Shown: positions 28,309 through 38,402 of the stretch, in pieces
Numbering within the stretch: the stretch's first letter is position 1
Layout of the letters: each line of letters starts with the position of its first letter
Origin: Gemmatimonadales bacterium
Lineage (GTDB): Bacteria > Gemmatimonadota > Gemmatimonadetes > Gemmatimonadales > GWC2-71-9
DNA length: 64,000 nt
Direction of reading: 5' to 3'
NCBI GenBank assembly: GCA_033764505.1
Contig: JANRIW010000027.1
Location: forward strand, 7,831 to 71,830
Notes under the pieces: model-generated
Databases searched by the model: none
The model's input: the letters and a program-made list of their open reading frames with translations, nothing else
Told to the model about the DNA's origin: nothing
Translations under genes and position numbers: made by a program

Positions 28309-29793
28309 CTACCTGCCGAACTGTCGTTGCAGTTCGTCGATCACGGCGCGTCGGATGTCGCGATACATGGTAACGGCGCCGACGCCGGCCTTGCCGGGCG
28401 CGAGATAATCGAGCCCCCGTTCCCGACCAGTGACGAGAAAGTCGGTGGTCGCCACTACATACGAGCCGCTGGGGTCAATCGGTTGTCCGCCCACCAGCCA
28501 ACGATCGCCGTCCCGGGTGGCACCGTCGGCGTGCAGAAAGCCGCCACTACCCCGGTTGGCGACTCCCTGGTCGAGCACGCGGACGAGCGTGGCTCCGCTC
28601 AGTGTCACCCGGGCGACCCTACCACCGAACGGCAGCACCCGGATCACGTCGTACTGGGTCAGCGGGCCGGTGGGGAGCATGTCGTCGAGCCGGATCGAGC
28701 CACCGTTCATGATCCCCACGGCGGCATCGGGAACCTCTGCCCGGAGCGCTCTGGCAATCAGGGCGGTGAGATTACCATCGCGCACCCGCACCGTGGCCTC
28801 CCGACCATCGAGTGGCTCCGGCAGTGTCGCCACCACGGCCCTCGGGTCCAACCCCTCGGCCACGTAGGCGGCGAAGACTCGATCGACCCAACCCTGGACC
28901 CGGGCTGCTACCTCGGGGGATTCGGGGGTGGTGCTGTCGACCGCGACAAAACGGATCTCGCCGACGGCCGGGGTGGCGTCGGGGTTGAGGGTGATCACCG
29001 CCACGGTCCGCACGTTGGCGTCGGCCTTGATGATCGGGGTGAAGCGCGGGCCGCGTCGCAGCAGATAGTTCTCATGCTCGTGGCCGCCCACCAGCAGCGC
29101 GATCTCCGGAAAGAGCTCGACCGTCCGCTGATCCTGGGCCAGGGTCTGGTGGGTGAGGGCGATGATCGCATCGACCGAGTCACGCAGGCCGTCGATGTCC
29201 CGACGCAGGGTGGCCATCGGGTCGTCAAACCGGACCCACGGCGGCCGATTGGAATTGATGGTGACACCCACCAAGCCGATCCGGACCGGGCCACCGCTGG
29301 ACATCAGGGTGACCACGGCCCGGCGCGCGGTATGGGGGAACAGCTCGCCGCTGGAGTCGCTCACGTTGCCAGTGAGATGGCCAAAGTGCGCCTCACCGAG
29401 CCGGGCCAGAAATTCGGTACGGGTCACGTCGAACTCATGGTTGCCGAGCACCGCCCAATCGACCCCCACCGCGTTGAGCACGTCGACCATCTGCCGACCG
29501 GCCAGCCGGGCGCCATCGATCTGGGCCAGCCCCATCGCCGAGGGCGAGTAGAAGTCGCCTCCCAACAGGGTGAGGACCGGGGCTGGGCCGCTTGCCAACC
29601 TCGCCCGGATGGTGGCCACTCGGGCCAGCCCCCCGCTCTTGCCGGCCTCTACGGGGGTGATTTCGTAGATGTCGTTGAGGTGCAGGATGGTGATCGAGCG
29701 ATCTCGATTGTCCCGGAGCGGATTCGGGGCAGCCGCTGGCGGGGTCGGGCTGCAGGCGAGTATCATGACGAGCAACGGGAATGATCGGCGCAT
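28309..29793 (-). CDS. Metallophosphatase / 5'-nucleotidase lipoprotein
   Basis: LHLNDIY, GGDF, LGNHEFD, GGHEH, NGGSIR. Confidence 0.93.
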   Translation of the reverse strand: MRRSFPLLVMILACSPTPPAAAPNPLRDNRDRSITILHLNDIYEITPVEAGKSGGLARVATIRARLASGPAPVLTLLGGDFYSPSAMGLAQIDGARLAGRQMVDVLNAVGVDWAVLGNHEFDVTRTEFLARLGEAHFGHLTGNVSDSSGELFPHTARRAVVTLMSSGGPVRIGLVGVTINSNRPPWVRFDDPMATLRRDIDGLRDSVDAIIALTHQTLAQDQRTVELFPEIALLVGGHEHENYLLRRGPRFTPIIKADANVRTVAVITLNPDATPAVGEIRFVAVDSTTPESPEVAARVQGWVDRVFAAYVAEGLDPRAVVATLPEPLDGREATVRVRDGNLTALIARALRAEVPDAAVGIMNGGSIRLDDMLPTGPLTQYDVIRVLPFGGRVARVTLSGATLVRVLDQGVANRGSGGFLHADGATRDGDRWLVGGQPIDPSGSYVVATTDFLVTGRERGLDYLAPGKAGVGAVTMYRDIRRAVIDELQRQFGR

Positions 29794-29918
29794 CCCCCAA
29801 TCTACCAGCCCAGCCGCCCTCAGGTCGCGGGTGGGACGGCGGGGGCGATGTTGGCCGGTTGTGTTGGTCGTGGTCCCCGGGTCGTCATAGCGAGCAGAAC
29901 TCAACCAGGATGTGAACA

Positions 29919-30812
29919 ATGCGATACCCCTTGCTGGCCCTTATCACCATCGGTGCGCTCTCCGGCTGCGTCAGCAAGAAGCGCTACGACGACATGGTAA
30001 TCGAACAACAGCAGCTCAATCAGCAGAAGGATTCCCTCGTCTCCGATGTCCTCAGTGCCACCCAGATGGTGACCGAGATCAACGCCGATCTGGCCCGGGT
30101 GCAGGGACTGGGAGTAAGTCCGGTTTCCTCAGGCGAGCAGCCCGTGACCGGTCGCGCCGAGGAACGCGCCATCGTCCTCGGCAAGATTCGCGAGCTGATC
30201 TCGCGCCTTGAGGCCGCCGAGGTCCAGGTGGGAGAGCAGCGCAAGCGGGTCAACTCGCTGACCGGTGAGCGGCGCAAATTGCTGGCCCAGCTCGACACCT
30301 TCCAGAAGACCATCGAAGAACTGCGGGCGACCGCGGTGGCTCAGGAGGCGATCGTCACCGAGCAGCGGGAGCAGATCAAGGTACTCACCTCACGCGTTGA
30401 TACCCTCTCCCAGCAGACCGAGCAGCTCGAGGTCGCCCGGGTGGCGCTCAGCGACACACTCGGCGCGGTCACCGACAAGGCCAACACCGTCTACTACGCG
30501 GTGGGGACTGAAAACGAGCTGATCGAGCGCGGCATCCTGGTCAAGGAGGGGAGCAAGTTCCTGGTCTTTGGCGGCAAGACCCTGCAACCAGCCCGTGAGT
30601 TGCAGCCGGAACTCTTCCAGAAGCTCGACAAGCGATCTGACACGGTCCTCACCGTGCCGGAGCCGACCAAGCGGTACCGGATCGTGACCCGCCAGAATCC
30701 GCAGTTCCTGTCCAGCGAAGTCAATAGCGACGGCAAGGTCAAAGGTGATCTCCATATCGCATCGGCGGAGTTCTGGGCGGGTGGCCAGTTCTTGATTCTG
30801 GTGCGGGATTGA
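29919..30812 (+). CDS. Coiled-coil lipoprotein (Cbp1-like C-terminal domain)
   Basis: Lipobox LSGC, long coiled coil, NTVYYAVGT..EL...GIL. Confidence 0.65.
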   Translation: MRYPLLALITIGALSGCVSKKRYDDMVIEQQQLNQQKDSLVSDVLSATQMVTEINADLARVQGLGVSPVSSGEQPVTGRAEERAIVLGKIRELISRLEAAEVQVGEQRKRVNSLTGERRKLLAQLDTFQKTIEELRATAVAQEAIVTEQREQIKVLTSRVDTLSQQTEQLEVARVALSDTLGAVTDKANTVYYAVGTENELIERGILVKEGSKFLVFGGKTLQPARELQPELFQKLDKRSDTVLTVPEPTKRYRIVTRQNPQFLSSEVNSDGKVKGDLHIASAEFWAGGQFLILVRD

Positions 30813-30832
30813 GGAGATAGCGGGACCTGACT

Positions 30833-30937
30833 TGGGTTGCTGGATGTTGGATGTTGGATGCTGGGAAAGGGGGCTGGCGCCTCGATGGGTACTTGTCCCT
30901 GCTGTGTCCAACATCCAGGATCCAATATCCAACTTCC
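30833..30937. repeat. (YTGGATG)n / (TCCARNA)n heptamer inverted-arm element
   Basis: CTGGATG TTGGATG TTGGATG CTGGGA ... TCCAACA TCCAGGA TCCAATA TCCAACT. Confidence 0.88.
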
Positions 30938-30981
30938 CGCATTATCTTTCCCGCTGACACTCGATCCAGAGAGGTCCAGCA

Positions 30982-31443
30982 ATGCTCAAACGCTCAGTAG
31001 CCATCATCGCCGTCCTCACCGTCACCGCCACGGTTGCGGTTGCCTGGCGGGCCACCCCTGCCAATGAAGCGCTTCCCGTCGTCCATGTGGTCAAGTCGGC
31101 ATCATGCGGCTGCTGCCAGGCGTGGGTGGACTACATGAAGGATCAGGGCTTCACCGTCACGGTGGAGAATCGTGACGAGTTTACCGCTTTGAAGCGTTCC
31201 AACGGGGTCACTCGCGAGCTGCAGTCCTGCCACACGGCGTTCGTTGACGGTCTGGTGCTCGAAGGCCATGTCCCGGCCGATTTGGTGAAGAAGATGTTGG
31301 CCGCCAAGCCCGCCGGCGTGAAGGGTCTCGCGGTGCCGGGGATGCCGATGGGGTCACCGGGAATGGAAGGTCCGACCAAGGACCGCTACACCGTCTACAG
31401 CTTCGATGCGGCGGGGAAGGCCACGCCCTGGGCCGAGCGGTAA
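30982..31443 (+). CDS. DUF411 / CopG-like periplasmic metal-binding protein
   Basis: SCGCC..W, SCHTA, EGHVPA, GLAVPGMPMGSPGME. Confidence 0.92.
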   Translation: MLKRSVAIIAVLTVTATVAVAWRATPANEALPVVHVVKSASCGCCQAWVDYMKDQGFTVTVENRDEFTALKRSNGVTRELQSCHTAFVDGLVLEGHVPADLVKKMLAAKPAGVKGLAVPGMPMGSPGMEGPTKDRYTVYSFDAAGKATPWAER

Positions 31444-31475
31444 CGCTGCACTGATCGTCAGGGGTCCGTGAGGGG

Positions 31476-32258
31476 TCAGTTTCCCCCGCGGACCCCGTCC
31501 TGCCGCAATTCCTCCCGCAGTCGATCCCGCGCCTCGCCGATTCGCTGCCGCACCCGCTCCTTGAGCTCCGGTAGGTCTGCCAGGGCAAGGCCGTCGGTCG
31601 GTTCCGGGGCGAGGATTTCGAGAATCGCGTGGGAGCGCCCGATTCGCCAGTCGTTCTTGGCGATCGCCTCCCGCGTGCCGTAGATCGCCATCGGCAACAG
31701 CGGTACCCCCGCTTCGATCGCCAGCCGGAACGCGCCGTCCTTGAACGGCAGCATCTCGGCGCTGCTGGAGCGGGTTCCCTCCGGAAAGATCATCACCGAC
31801 ACCTTGCCGTCGAGCCGCTTGCGGCTCTCTTCCATCGCCGCCTTGGCGCTGGCCGCCTTGCCCCGATGGACCGCGATGTCGCGGGCGGCCCACATGTGCC
31901 AACCGAACACCGGGATCCGGAAGATGCTCGCCTTGCTGAGCCACTTCATTTCCCACGGCAGCAGGGTGAGGGCGATGATGTCGGCGAACGACTCGTGGTT
32001 GGCCACCACGACGTAGGGGTGGCGCGGGTTGGTCGGCGGGGTGCCGCGCACTTCGAATTTCCACCGAGCCGTGCCGCGGACGACCAACCAGCCGATGTGG
32101 CGGAAGAGTCGGCCGCCGTAGTAGTTCCACCGGTCAACGGGCCAACCGATCACGCGCCAGAGCAACACCAACGGCAGGAAGAGCACGGCGAAGAGTGCCA
32201 GCAGGCCCCAGGTCCAGAGGGATGCCATGGTCAGTCGAAGCGGAGCGGAAGCAGCCAT
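31476..32258 (-). CDS. 1-acyl-sn-glycerol-3-phosphate acyltransferase (PlsC family)
   Basis: ANHESFAD, FPEGTRS, FKDGAF. Confidence 0.92.
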   Translation of the reverse strand: MAASAPLRLTMASLWTWGLLALFAVLFLPLVLLWRVIGWPVDRWNYYGGRLFRHIGWLVVRGTARWKFEVRGTPPTNPRHPYVVVANHESFADIIALTLLPWEMKWLSKASIFRIPVFGWHMWAARDIAVHRGKAASAKAAMEESRKRLDGKVSVMIFPEGTRSSSAEMLPFKDGAFRLAIEAGVPLLPMAIYGTREAIAKNDWRIGRSHAILEILAPEPTDGLALADLPELKERVRQRIGEARDRLREELRQDGVRGGN

Positions 32259-32358
32259 CGCGGAAAAGTAGGGGGGCGGACCCAGGAGCGAGCCCCCGGC
32301 TTTGGGGCTTCTGGGTTTGGTCTTGGCATTCGCTGTCGATCCCCTAGATTCCTCGACC

Positions 32359-33435
32359 ATGACCTCAGAACAATTGCGCCTGCTCACCTCCCTGCTCGAT
32401 GCGGCAGGTCCCTCTGGCTTCGAGCTTGCCCCTGCCCGGTTGTGGCGTGAGGCCGCAACCTTCGCTGACGACGTTCACGCCGATGTCAGCGGCAACTCAT
32501 TCGCCACTCTTTTCCCTGCCGATGGCCAGCGGGAGGGACCCCGGTTGATGTTTGCCGGCCACATCGACGAGATCGGCTTGATGCTGATCCACGTCGACGA
32601 TGACGGCTTCTGCTGGTTCGACCCGATCGGTGGCTGGGACCCTCAGGTGTTCATCGGTCAGCGAGTCACCTTGCTGGGCCGGGACGGTCCGGTGGCGGGA
32701 GTGATCGGCAAGCAGGCGATTCACACCATGGACCAGGCCGCACGCGAGAAGCTGACCAAGCCGCACGAACTGTGGATCGACATCGGCGCCCGCACCCGCG
32801 CCGAGGCGCTCGAGAGAGTGGCTGTCGGGACCGCCGGTGTGCTCGGCTCGACGGTGACCCGGCTCCCCAACAACCGGCTGGTCTCCCGTTCGCTCGACAA
32901 CCGGGTTGGGGCCTTCGTTGTTCTGGAGGCGTTGCGGCAGCTCGCCGTGGCGCGCCCTCGTCTGTCGGTGACCGCGGTGGCGACCACCCAGGAGGAGATC
33001 GCCTACTCCGGTGGCGGTGCTCGCACCTCGGCCACCGCACTGCAGGCGGTCGCGGCAATCGTGGTGGATGTCACCCACGCCACCGATTCACCCGGTATCG
33101 AGAGGAAACGTCATGGCGACGTGAAGCTGGGAAGCGGGGCCGTGATCACCCGTGGCGCGGCAGTCAATCCGGTGATGTTTGAACGGCTGGTCGCCACGGC
33201 CGAAGCTGAAGGGATTCCGCATGTGGTACAGGGGGCTGCGCGCGTTACCGGGACCGATGCCGACGCGATCTTCACCAGCCACCGCGGGGTGGCAACCGGA
33301 CTGGTGTCGGTGCCGCTGCGCTACATGCATTCGCCCAACGAACTGGTGGATCTCGACGACGTGCTCGCCGCCGCGTCGCTGCTGGCCGCGCTGGCCCGCA
33401 GTCTCGATGCCGATCCGGATTTTGTGTCGCGCTAG
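32359..33435 (+). CDS. M42 family metallopeptidase
   Basis: GPSGFE, GHIDEIG, LDNRVG, QEEI, VDVTH, PLRYMHS. Confidence 0.93.
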   Translation: MTSEQLRLLTSLLDAAGPSGFELAPARLWREAATFADDVHADVSGNSFATLFPADGQREGPRLMFAGHIDEIGLMLIHVDDDGFCWFDPIGGWDPQVFIGQRVTLLGRDGPVAGVIGKQAIHTMDQAAREKLTKPHELWIDIGARTRAEALERVAVGTAGVLGSTVTRLPNNRLVSRSLDNRVGAFVVLEALRQLAVARPRLSVTAVATTQEEIAYSGGGARTSATALQAVAAIVVDVTHATDSPGIERKRHGDVKLGSGAVITRGAAVNPVMFERLVATAEAEGIPHVVQGAARVTGTDADAIFTSHRGVATGLVSVPLRYMHSPNELVDLDDVLAAASLLAALARSLDADPDFVSR

Positions 33436-33472
33436 CTGATTGTCGCGGTGTTGGGGGGGGGGAACTACCTGG

Positions 33473-34531
33473 TCACTTCAGCGCTGCGAGTGCAGCAGGG
33501 GTGCCGATCTGCTCCAGCGCTCGCCAAGTGGCGGCGCGCACCTTCTCGTCGGCGTTGTTGAGGCGCTTGATCAGTTGAGGGATGGCCCGTTCCATCCCGC
33601 GGCGACCGACAACTTCGGTGATGTCGGCCAGCAGTATCGGCGCCGTTGTGTTGAGCGCGCGGAGCAGCAGTTCGTCGGCGTCGCGCGCTGCGATCAATGC
33701 CTCGATGAAGACACGACGCTCGACACGGCTCGGCCCCTCAGACAGCAGCTCCAGCAGCGTTTCGACTCCATCCCAGCCGAGACATGATATCGCCCGGGCG
33801 ATCGGCGAGCCGACACCGACCGTGGGAAGCGTGCAGATGAACCTCCGCATGATGTCAGTGGGGATCACCCGGCGCCGTTCCTGCAAGATGATCGACCGGG
33901 TTCCCGCATCCGACGCCTGCTCCAGTTCGTGCAGCTGCAGCACCCCTTCGGCGAGCCGCGCCCAATCCCACGCCTGAGCGGCCTCGTCGCAGAGGTCGAG
34001 CAGCGGGTCGAGCTTGACACTCAACGCAGCCCGGTCGGTGTTGCTGGAGGTGAGACCGGGCGCCGTTTCCCGTTCGGGGACGCCGATCATCGTTTCCTGA
34101 TTGAAGTCGGTGATGGCCACCCTCAGCGCGCTGCTCGCCGATTCCGCAGGCGCGGGAATGAGCTCGGTGCCGGGGGCAATCTGGTGAAAGGCGTGGAGCA
34201 ACTGGGAGGGACCCGCATAGACACCCGGGGCCGTGCCGAGCAACAGCACGATATCCTGCCAGTGACGCGGACTCAGAGAAGGGGGCAGCACCAGTCGGGC
34301 GATCCGGTGTTGACGGAGCGCGGTCCGAACGGTGGCTACTCCAGGCGCACTCGCCGGTACCGGAGTGCCGTTGACCAGCAACCCCTCGCCTTCCAACTCC
34401 CACGTCACCCTGCCCGGCGGAGTGGCGTGTGCCAGCAACTCGGCCGCACGGGTCACCGCAGCAGGGTCGGCCGAGACCATCCGGACCTGATGCAACGCCG
34501 CAGCGAGGAGGGCTGTCAGGGGAACTGGCAT
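33473..34531 (-). CDS. HEAT-repeat protein
   Basis: C-terminal AIPQL...DEKVRAATWRALEQIGTPAA. Confidence 0.7.
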   Translation of the reverse strand: MPVPLTALLAAALHQVRMVSADPAAVTRAAELLAHATPPGRVTWELEGEGLLVNGTPVPASAPGVATVRTALRQHRIARLVLPPSLSPRHWQDIVLLLGTAPGVYAGPSQLLHAFHQIAPGTELIPAPAESASSALRVAITDFNQETMIGVPERETAPGLTSSNTDRAALSVKLDPLLDLCDEAAQAWDWARLAEGVLQLHELEQASDAGTRSIILQERRRVIPTDIMRRFICTLPTVGVGSPIARAISCLGWDGVETLLELLSEGPSRVERRVFIEALIAARDADELLLRALNTTAPILLADITEVVGRRGMERAIPQLIKRLNNADEKVRAATWRALEQIGTPAALAALK

Positions 34532-34533
34532 GG

Positions 34534-36213
34534 TCAATATCTCTGGTGACGGATACCTGATAACATAGTCGCAACCTCGCGTCTTCGCGAGATCCAATCT
34601 GAAACGCGCAACTCCCGCGCCACTGTCATTGAGGCGGTTGGTGATAGTCCTGCCGACTCCAGAGTATCGGCCAGCGGGCCTGATTCCAGAGTGGTGCCGG
34701 CCTCGACCAGAATCGCCCTGTCGAGCGCTTCGTGGGCAAAAATTGCATCGTGCGTGACCGCCAGGACGGTGGCGCCATTCTCCACCGCCAACCGGATTCC
34801 AGCGATGACCAAATCGCGCGACCTGCCGTCGAGTGCTGCCGTCGGTTCGTCGAGCAACAGCAGCTTCGGTGATGTGACGAGCACCGAGGCAAGCGCCACC
34901 AACCGCCGGAGCGGGAGTGGCAGATCCCAAGGATGCTCATCTGCCAGTGCACTAAGGGAGAGCTGCTCCAGAACAGCCGCTACCGCCTCGGCAATCCGCT
35001 GCTGATCCCAGCCGGCCAGCGTGGGTGCCAGGGCAGCTTCGGCCCGAACCGAGGACGCAAAGAGTTGGCGCTCGGGCTGCTGAAAGAGAAAACCGACTGT
35101 CGGCGCCAGATCTTCCGGCCCCAAGCCCACGGTGGGTCGGCCGATGGTATGGATCGTTCCGGCGCTGGGATGTTCGAGCGCCATTGCCAGCCGGAGGAGA
35201 GTGGACTTTCCCGCGCCGTTGGCCCCCAGCAGAGCGTAACTCCGGCTCTGGGCCAGAGTCAGCGACAGGTCGCGGAGCACCGCTGGCTGGCCCGGATATC
35301 CGAAGGTCACCCCCGAAAATGAGAGTGTGGTGGTCTCGGAATCGGCAGGAGACTCATCTTTCCCTGAGCGGAACTCCGGTTGCAGCGGTTCCGGCGCTGG
35401 CCGACACTCAGCCAGCACAGCGGCAGCGGTGAGTGGCCGCGGTTCGTCCCAACCAGCCAGCGCGGCCAAAGTGGCGGCGTCGGTGGCGGAGGCGCCGGTT
35501 CGCCTCAGCGCGTCCCCGGCCAGCAGCTCGGCAGGCGGACCGTCCAGCGCGACTCGACCGTCCTTGAGCACCACCAGTCGATCGGCAGAGAGTGACATCG
35601 TGTCGGCATCATCACAGGCAACGACAACCATCAGGCCGCTGTCGGCCAGCTCGCGGAGGAGAGCAGAGACCTGTTCCCGGCCCGCGCGATCGAGCGCCGA
35701 GAATGGTTCGTCGAGCAACAAGAGCTGTGGTTCCGCAGCCAGCAGTGCGGCCAACAGCACCCGCTGCGTTTCGCCGCCTGAAAGGAGGTCGGGGGCGCGG
35801 TCGGCGAGCGCCGAGATTCCGACACGCTGCATGGCGTCAGCCACCGCGGCGAGGATCCGCTGGCGCGGCCAGCCCAAGTTCATCGGGCCGACGGCGATCT
35901 CATCCTGAACCGTGCGGGCAATACCGCTTAGTTGCAGGGTTGGTGACGGCCCCAGGTAGCCGACTCCGAGGTCGAGGGGAGTCGAGTCGGCGGGATCCAC
36001 CCGTGACAACAAGACCTCTCCCTCGCGGGTGCCACCGGTAATTCTTGGCGCCAGTCCCGCCAAGGCCAGCAACAGGGTACTGGTGCCAGCCCCCAGTGAA
36101 CCGTGCAGCCAGGTCAGCTCTCCCGGGGCGAATTGCAGGGTGATGCCGTCGAGTGCCCAGCGTTCCTGAGCCGGCCAGGAGAAGCGCAGGTTCCCGGTGC
36201 CGAGCGAGATCAT
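34534..36213 (-). CDS. ECF transporter fused double ATPase
   Basis: Two ABC domains: GSLGAGTST (degenerate Walker A) with LSGGE, and GANGAGKST with LDEPT. Confidence 0.88.
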   Translation of the reverse strand: MISLGTGNLRFSWPAQERWALDGITLQFAPGELTWLHGSLGAGTSTLLLALAGLAPRITGGTREGEVLLSRVDPADSTPLDLGVGYLGPSPTLQLSGIARTVQDEIAVGPMNLGWPRQRILAAVADAMQRVGISALADRAPDLLSGGETQRVLLAALLAAEPQLLLLDEPFSALDRAGREQVSALLRELADSGLMVVVACDDADTMSLSADRLVVLKDGRVALDGPPAELLAGDALRRTGASATDAATLAALAGWDEPRPLTAAAVLAECRPAPEPLQPEFRSGKDESPADSETTTLSFSGVTFGYPGQPAVLRDLSLTLAQSRSYALLGANGAGKSTLLRLAMALEHPSAGTIHTIGRPTVGLGPEDLAPTVGFLFQQPERQLFASSVRAEAALAPTLAGWDQQRIAEAVAAVLEQLSLSALADEHPWDLPLPLRRLVALASVLVTSPKLLLLDEPTAALDGRSRDLVIAGIRLAVENGATVLAVTHDAIFAHEALDRAILVEAGTTLESGPLADTLESAGLSPTASMTVARELRVSDWISRRREVATMLSGIRHQRY

Positions 36214-36944
36214 GCCCAGATTCTCCAGGCCAGCAGGAGCATAACGGCCAGCAAGGCGAGCCAGCGGGTCAACCGATCGAGCGGCGCGTCAGCGGGAGGA
36301 TCCAGTGCGGTGCGACGCCCTCGGCGGGTGAGGCCACGAGTCTCGAGCGCCAGGGTGTGTTCGTCGGCTTCGGTGAGAGCAGCGAGCATGAGCGGAAAGG
36401 CCAGTGCCGGAATGGCGCGCGCCCGGGTGAGCAGCGAACCGTGGACTTTGAGTCCGCGGGTCCGCTGCGCCTCTCGCAGGCGCCGGGCCTGCCCGGCGAA
36501 CCGCTCGGCCGCATCAAGTGTTGCCACCACCAGGAACGCGAGTGGCCAGGGCCAGCCACGATCGATGGCGGCCTGGAGAAAGCGGTGCGGGTCGAACACC
36601 GTGGCAAAGGCGAGGGAGGCGGTCACGATCGCCGCCAATCGGGCGCCCTGCCCGATGGCCCACCGCATTCCCTCGACCGCCAGCGTCCCCCCCCCAATGA
36701 ATGGCGCCCGCGGACCCTCGCCGAGTATGCCGTGCATCACGAAGAGCAACAGCCAGAGCGGCGCCGAGACCAGAATGCCAAGCCAGACACCGCGGCCCGC
36801 ACCGGTGATGATGGCGAGCATAATCGTCACCCCGTAGACCACCACGCTGCCGTTCGGCGCGGGGGCGATCACCGCCGCTGCCACCAGCGCCAGCATCACC
36901 GCACCCGGGGTGAACGGATGGGCTCGGCGGGCCCAGTTGGTCAT
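36210..36944 (-). CDS. ecfT: ECF transporter T component
   Basis: EAQRTRG and ALETRG motifs. Confidence 0.88.
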   Translation of the reverse strand: MTNWARRAHPFTPGAVMLALVAAAVIAPAPNGSVVVYGVTIMLAIITGAGRGVWLGILVSAPLWLLLFVMHGILGEGPRAPFIGGGTLAVEGMRWAIGQGARLAAIVTASLAFATVFDPHRFLQAAIDRGWPWPLAFLVVATLDAAERFAGQARRLREAQRTRGLKVHGSLLTRARAIPALAFPLMLAALTEADEHTLALETRGLTRRGRRTALDPPADAPLDRLTRWLALLAVMLLLAWRIWA

Positions 36945-37510
36945 CGACCCACCGCCCGGGCGGCCAGCGGGAAGCGCCCCAGCACCCGGCGTGGCAGCGC
37001 CCTGAGCAGCATGCCGACAACCACGAAGGCCATGATCTTGTCGATCACGTCGGTGCTCACCGAGGCCAAGGTCACCGCCGACTCAAGGGAAAATCCCAGA
37101 GCACGAAGCCCGGCGCCTATGGCGGTCACCCCGCCCGCCGTGACCCCGCGAAAGAGCACAAACGAGATCACCGCCGACAGCGCTCCTCCCGCGAGACCGC
37201 AAGCCGCTCCCCAAGCGGCGCTCCGCCAAGGGGTGGAGAATCCGCCCCGCGATGCCGCCAGTGAGGCGAGCAGGGCGATCAGCCACTGGATGGGTGTGAA
37301 GGCGAGCCACTGGTACCCCGAGAGCATCCCCGAAAGCAATTGACTCACGGTGCCCACGATCAGGCCGCCCGAAAGACCGGTCAGGACGGCAACCAGCATC
37401 GTCCCGAGAGTGTCGAGGTAGACCGGCAGCGACAACTCCGCGACCACCCGGCCAATGACCAGGTTGATGGCGACCGCAGCAGGAATCAGGGCGAACAGGC
37501 GTGGTGACAC
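36941..37510 (-). CDS. ECF transporter S component
   Basis: AVAIN..IG....LPVYLDTLGT; DVIDK. Confidence 0.85.
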   Translation of the reverse strand: MSPRLFALIPAAVAINLVIGRVVAELSLPVYLDTLGTMLVAVLTGLSGGLIVGTVSQLLSGMLSGYQWLAFTPIQWLIALLASLAASRGGFSTPWRSAAWGAACGLAGGALSAVISFVLFRGVTAGGVTAIGAGLRALGFSLESAVTLASVSTDVIDKIMAFVVVGMLLRALPRRVLGRFPLAARAVGR

Positions 37511-37575
37511 TCGAGACCGCGTGGCAGAAGGTGAGGGAGATTAGAATGATAGGGTCATCAACCATGGAAATCCCG

Positions 37576-37944
37576 ATGCGCTATCTCTCTGTTCTTGCTG
37601 CCGTGCTCACCCTCGGCACACCGATGGCGGCCCAATCGCCGTCCCAGCCCAATCCAGCGCCGAGCTCGGGGTATGGTGCCTGGTTCGGCTCAGTTCCCAA
37701 CATGGACCAGACCGGGGCGGGGATCGTCCTGAGCGACGTCACCGCCGGCTCACCGGCTGCCAAGGCCGGCCTCAAAGGTGGTGATGTGGTGGTGGAGATG
37801 GCTGGCGAGGAGACCCCGTCGCTGGTCGAGATGGTGGCAGTGTTGCGCGCCCACCAACCCGGAGAAACGATCGAGGTGGTCTTCTACCGGGGCGACGAGC
37901 GCAAGACAGTCAAGGTCACTCTGGCTCATCGGCCCGGCGCCTGA
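37576..37944 (+). CDS. Small secreted PDZ-domain protein
   Basis: Signal peptide; WFGSVP, GSPAAKAGLKGGDVV. Confidence 0.85.
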   Translation: MRYLSVLAAVLTLGTPMAAQSPSQPNPAPSSGYGAWFGSVPNMDQTGAGIVLSDVTAGSPAAKAGLKGGDVVVEMAGEETPSLVEMVAVLRAHQPGETIEVVFYRGDERKTVKVTLAHRPGA

Positions 37945-37946
37945 TC

Positions 37947-38402
37947 ATGCCGATCCTCGATTCCGAAAGGGTCATCACCCGGCTGAGAAGTGCTTTCAAT
38001 CACGGTGCCGACCGGGCCCGGATTCTTGCCATGGCTGCGGAACTGATCCGCGAGGCGGGGGCACCATACACTTCCGTCTATCTCTACATGCTCCATGGTG
38101 ACATGCTGGTGCTGGAGGGATGGTCGGGCAGGGAGACCGAACACGACCGTATTCCGGTTGGCAAGGGAGTCTGCGGCACCGCGGTGGCGACCGGTCAGGA
38201 CCAGAACGTCGGCGACGTGCAGGGGCGCGAGAACTACATCGCCTGCAACCTCTTCACCCGCTCCGAGCTGGTGGTGCTGATTCGTCGCGGCAGCGCGATC
38301 CTGGGACAGATCGACGTCGACTCGGATCAGGTCGATCCCTTCACGGCCGACGAGGAGCGCGAGGTGCGTCACGTGGCGGACGCCCTGGCGGCGTTGCTCT
38401 GA
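37947..38402 (+). CDS. msrC: GAF domain protein, free methionine-R-sulfoxide reductase-like
   Basis: GKGVCG, YIAC, SELVV, IDVDS. Confidence 0.8.
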   Translation: MPILDSERVITRLRSAFNHGADRARILAMAAELIREAGAPYTSVYLYMLHGDMLVLEGWSGRETEHDRIPVGKGVCGTAVATGQDQNVGDVQGRENYIACNLFTRSELVVLIRRGSAILGQIDVDSDQVDPFTADEEREVRHVADALAALL

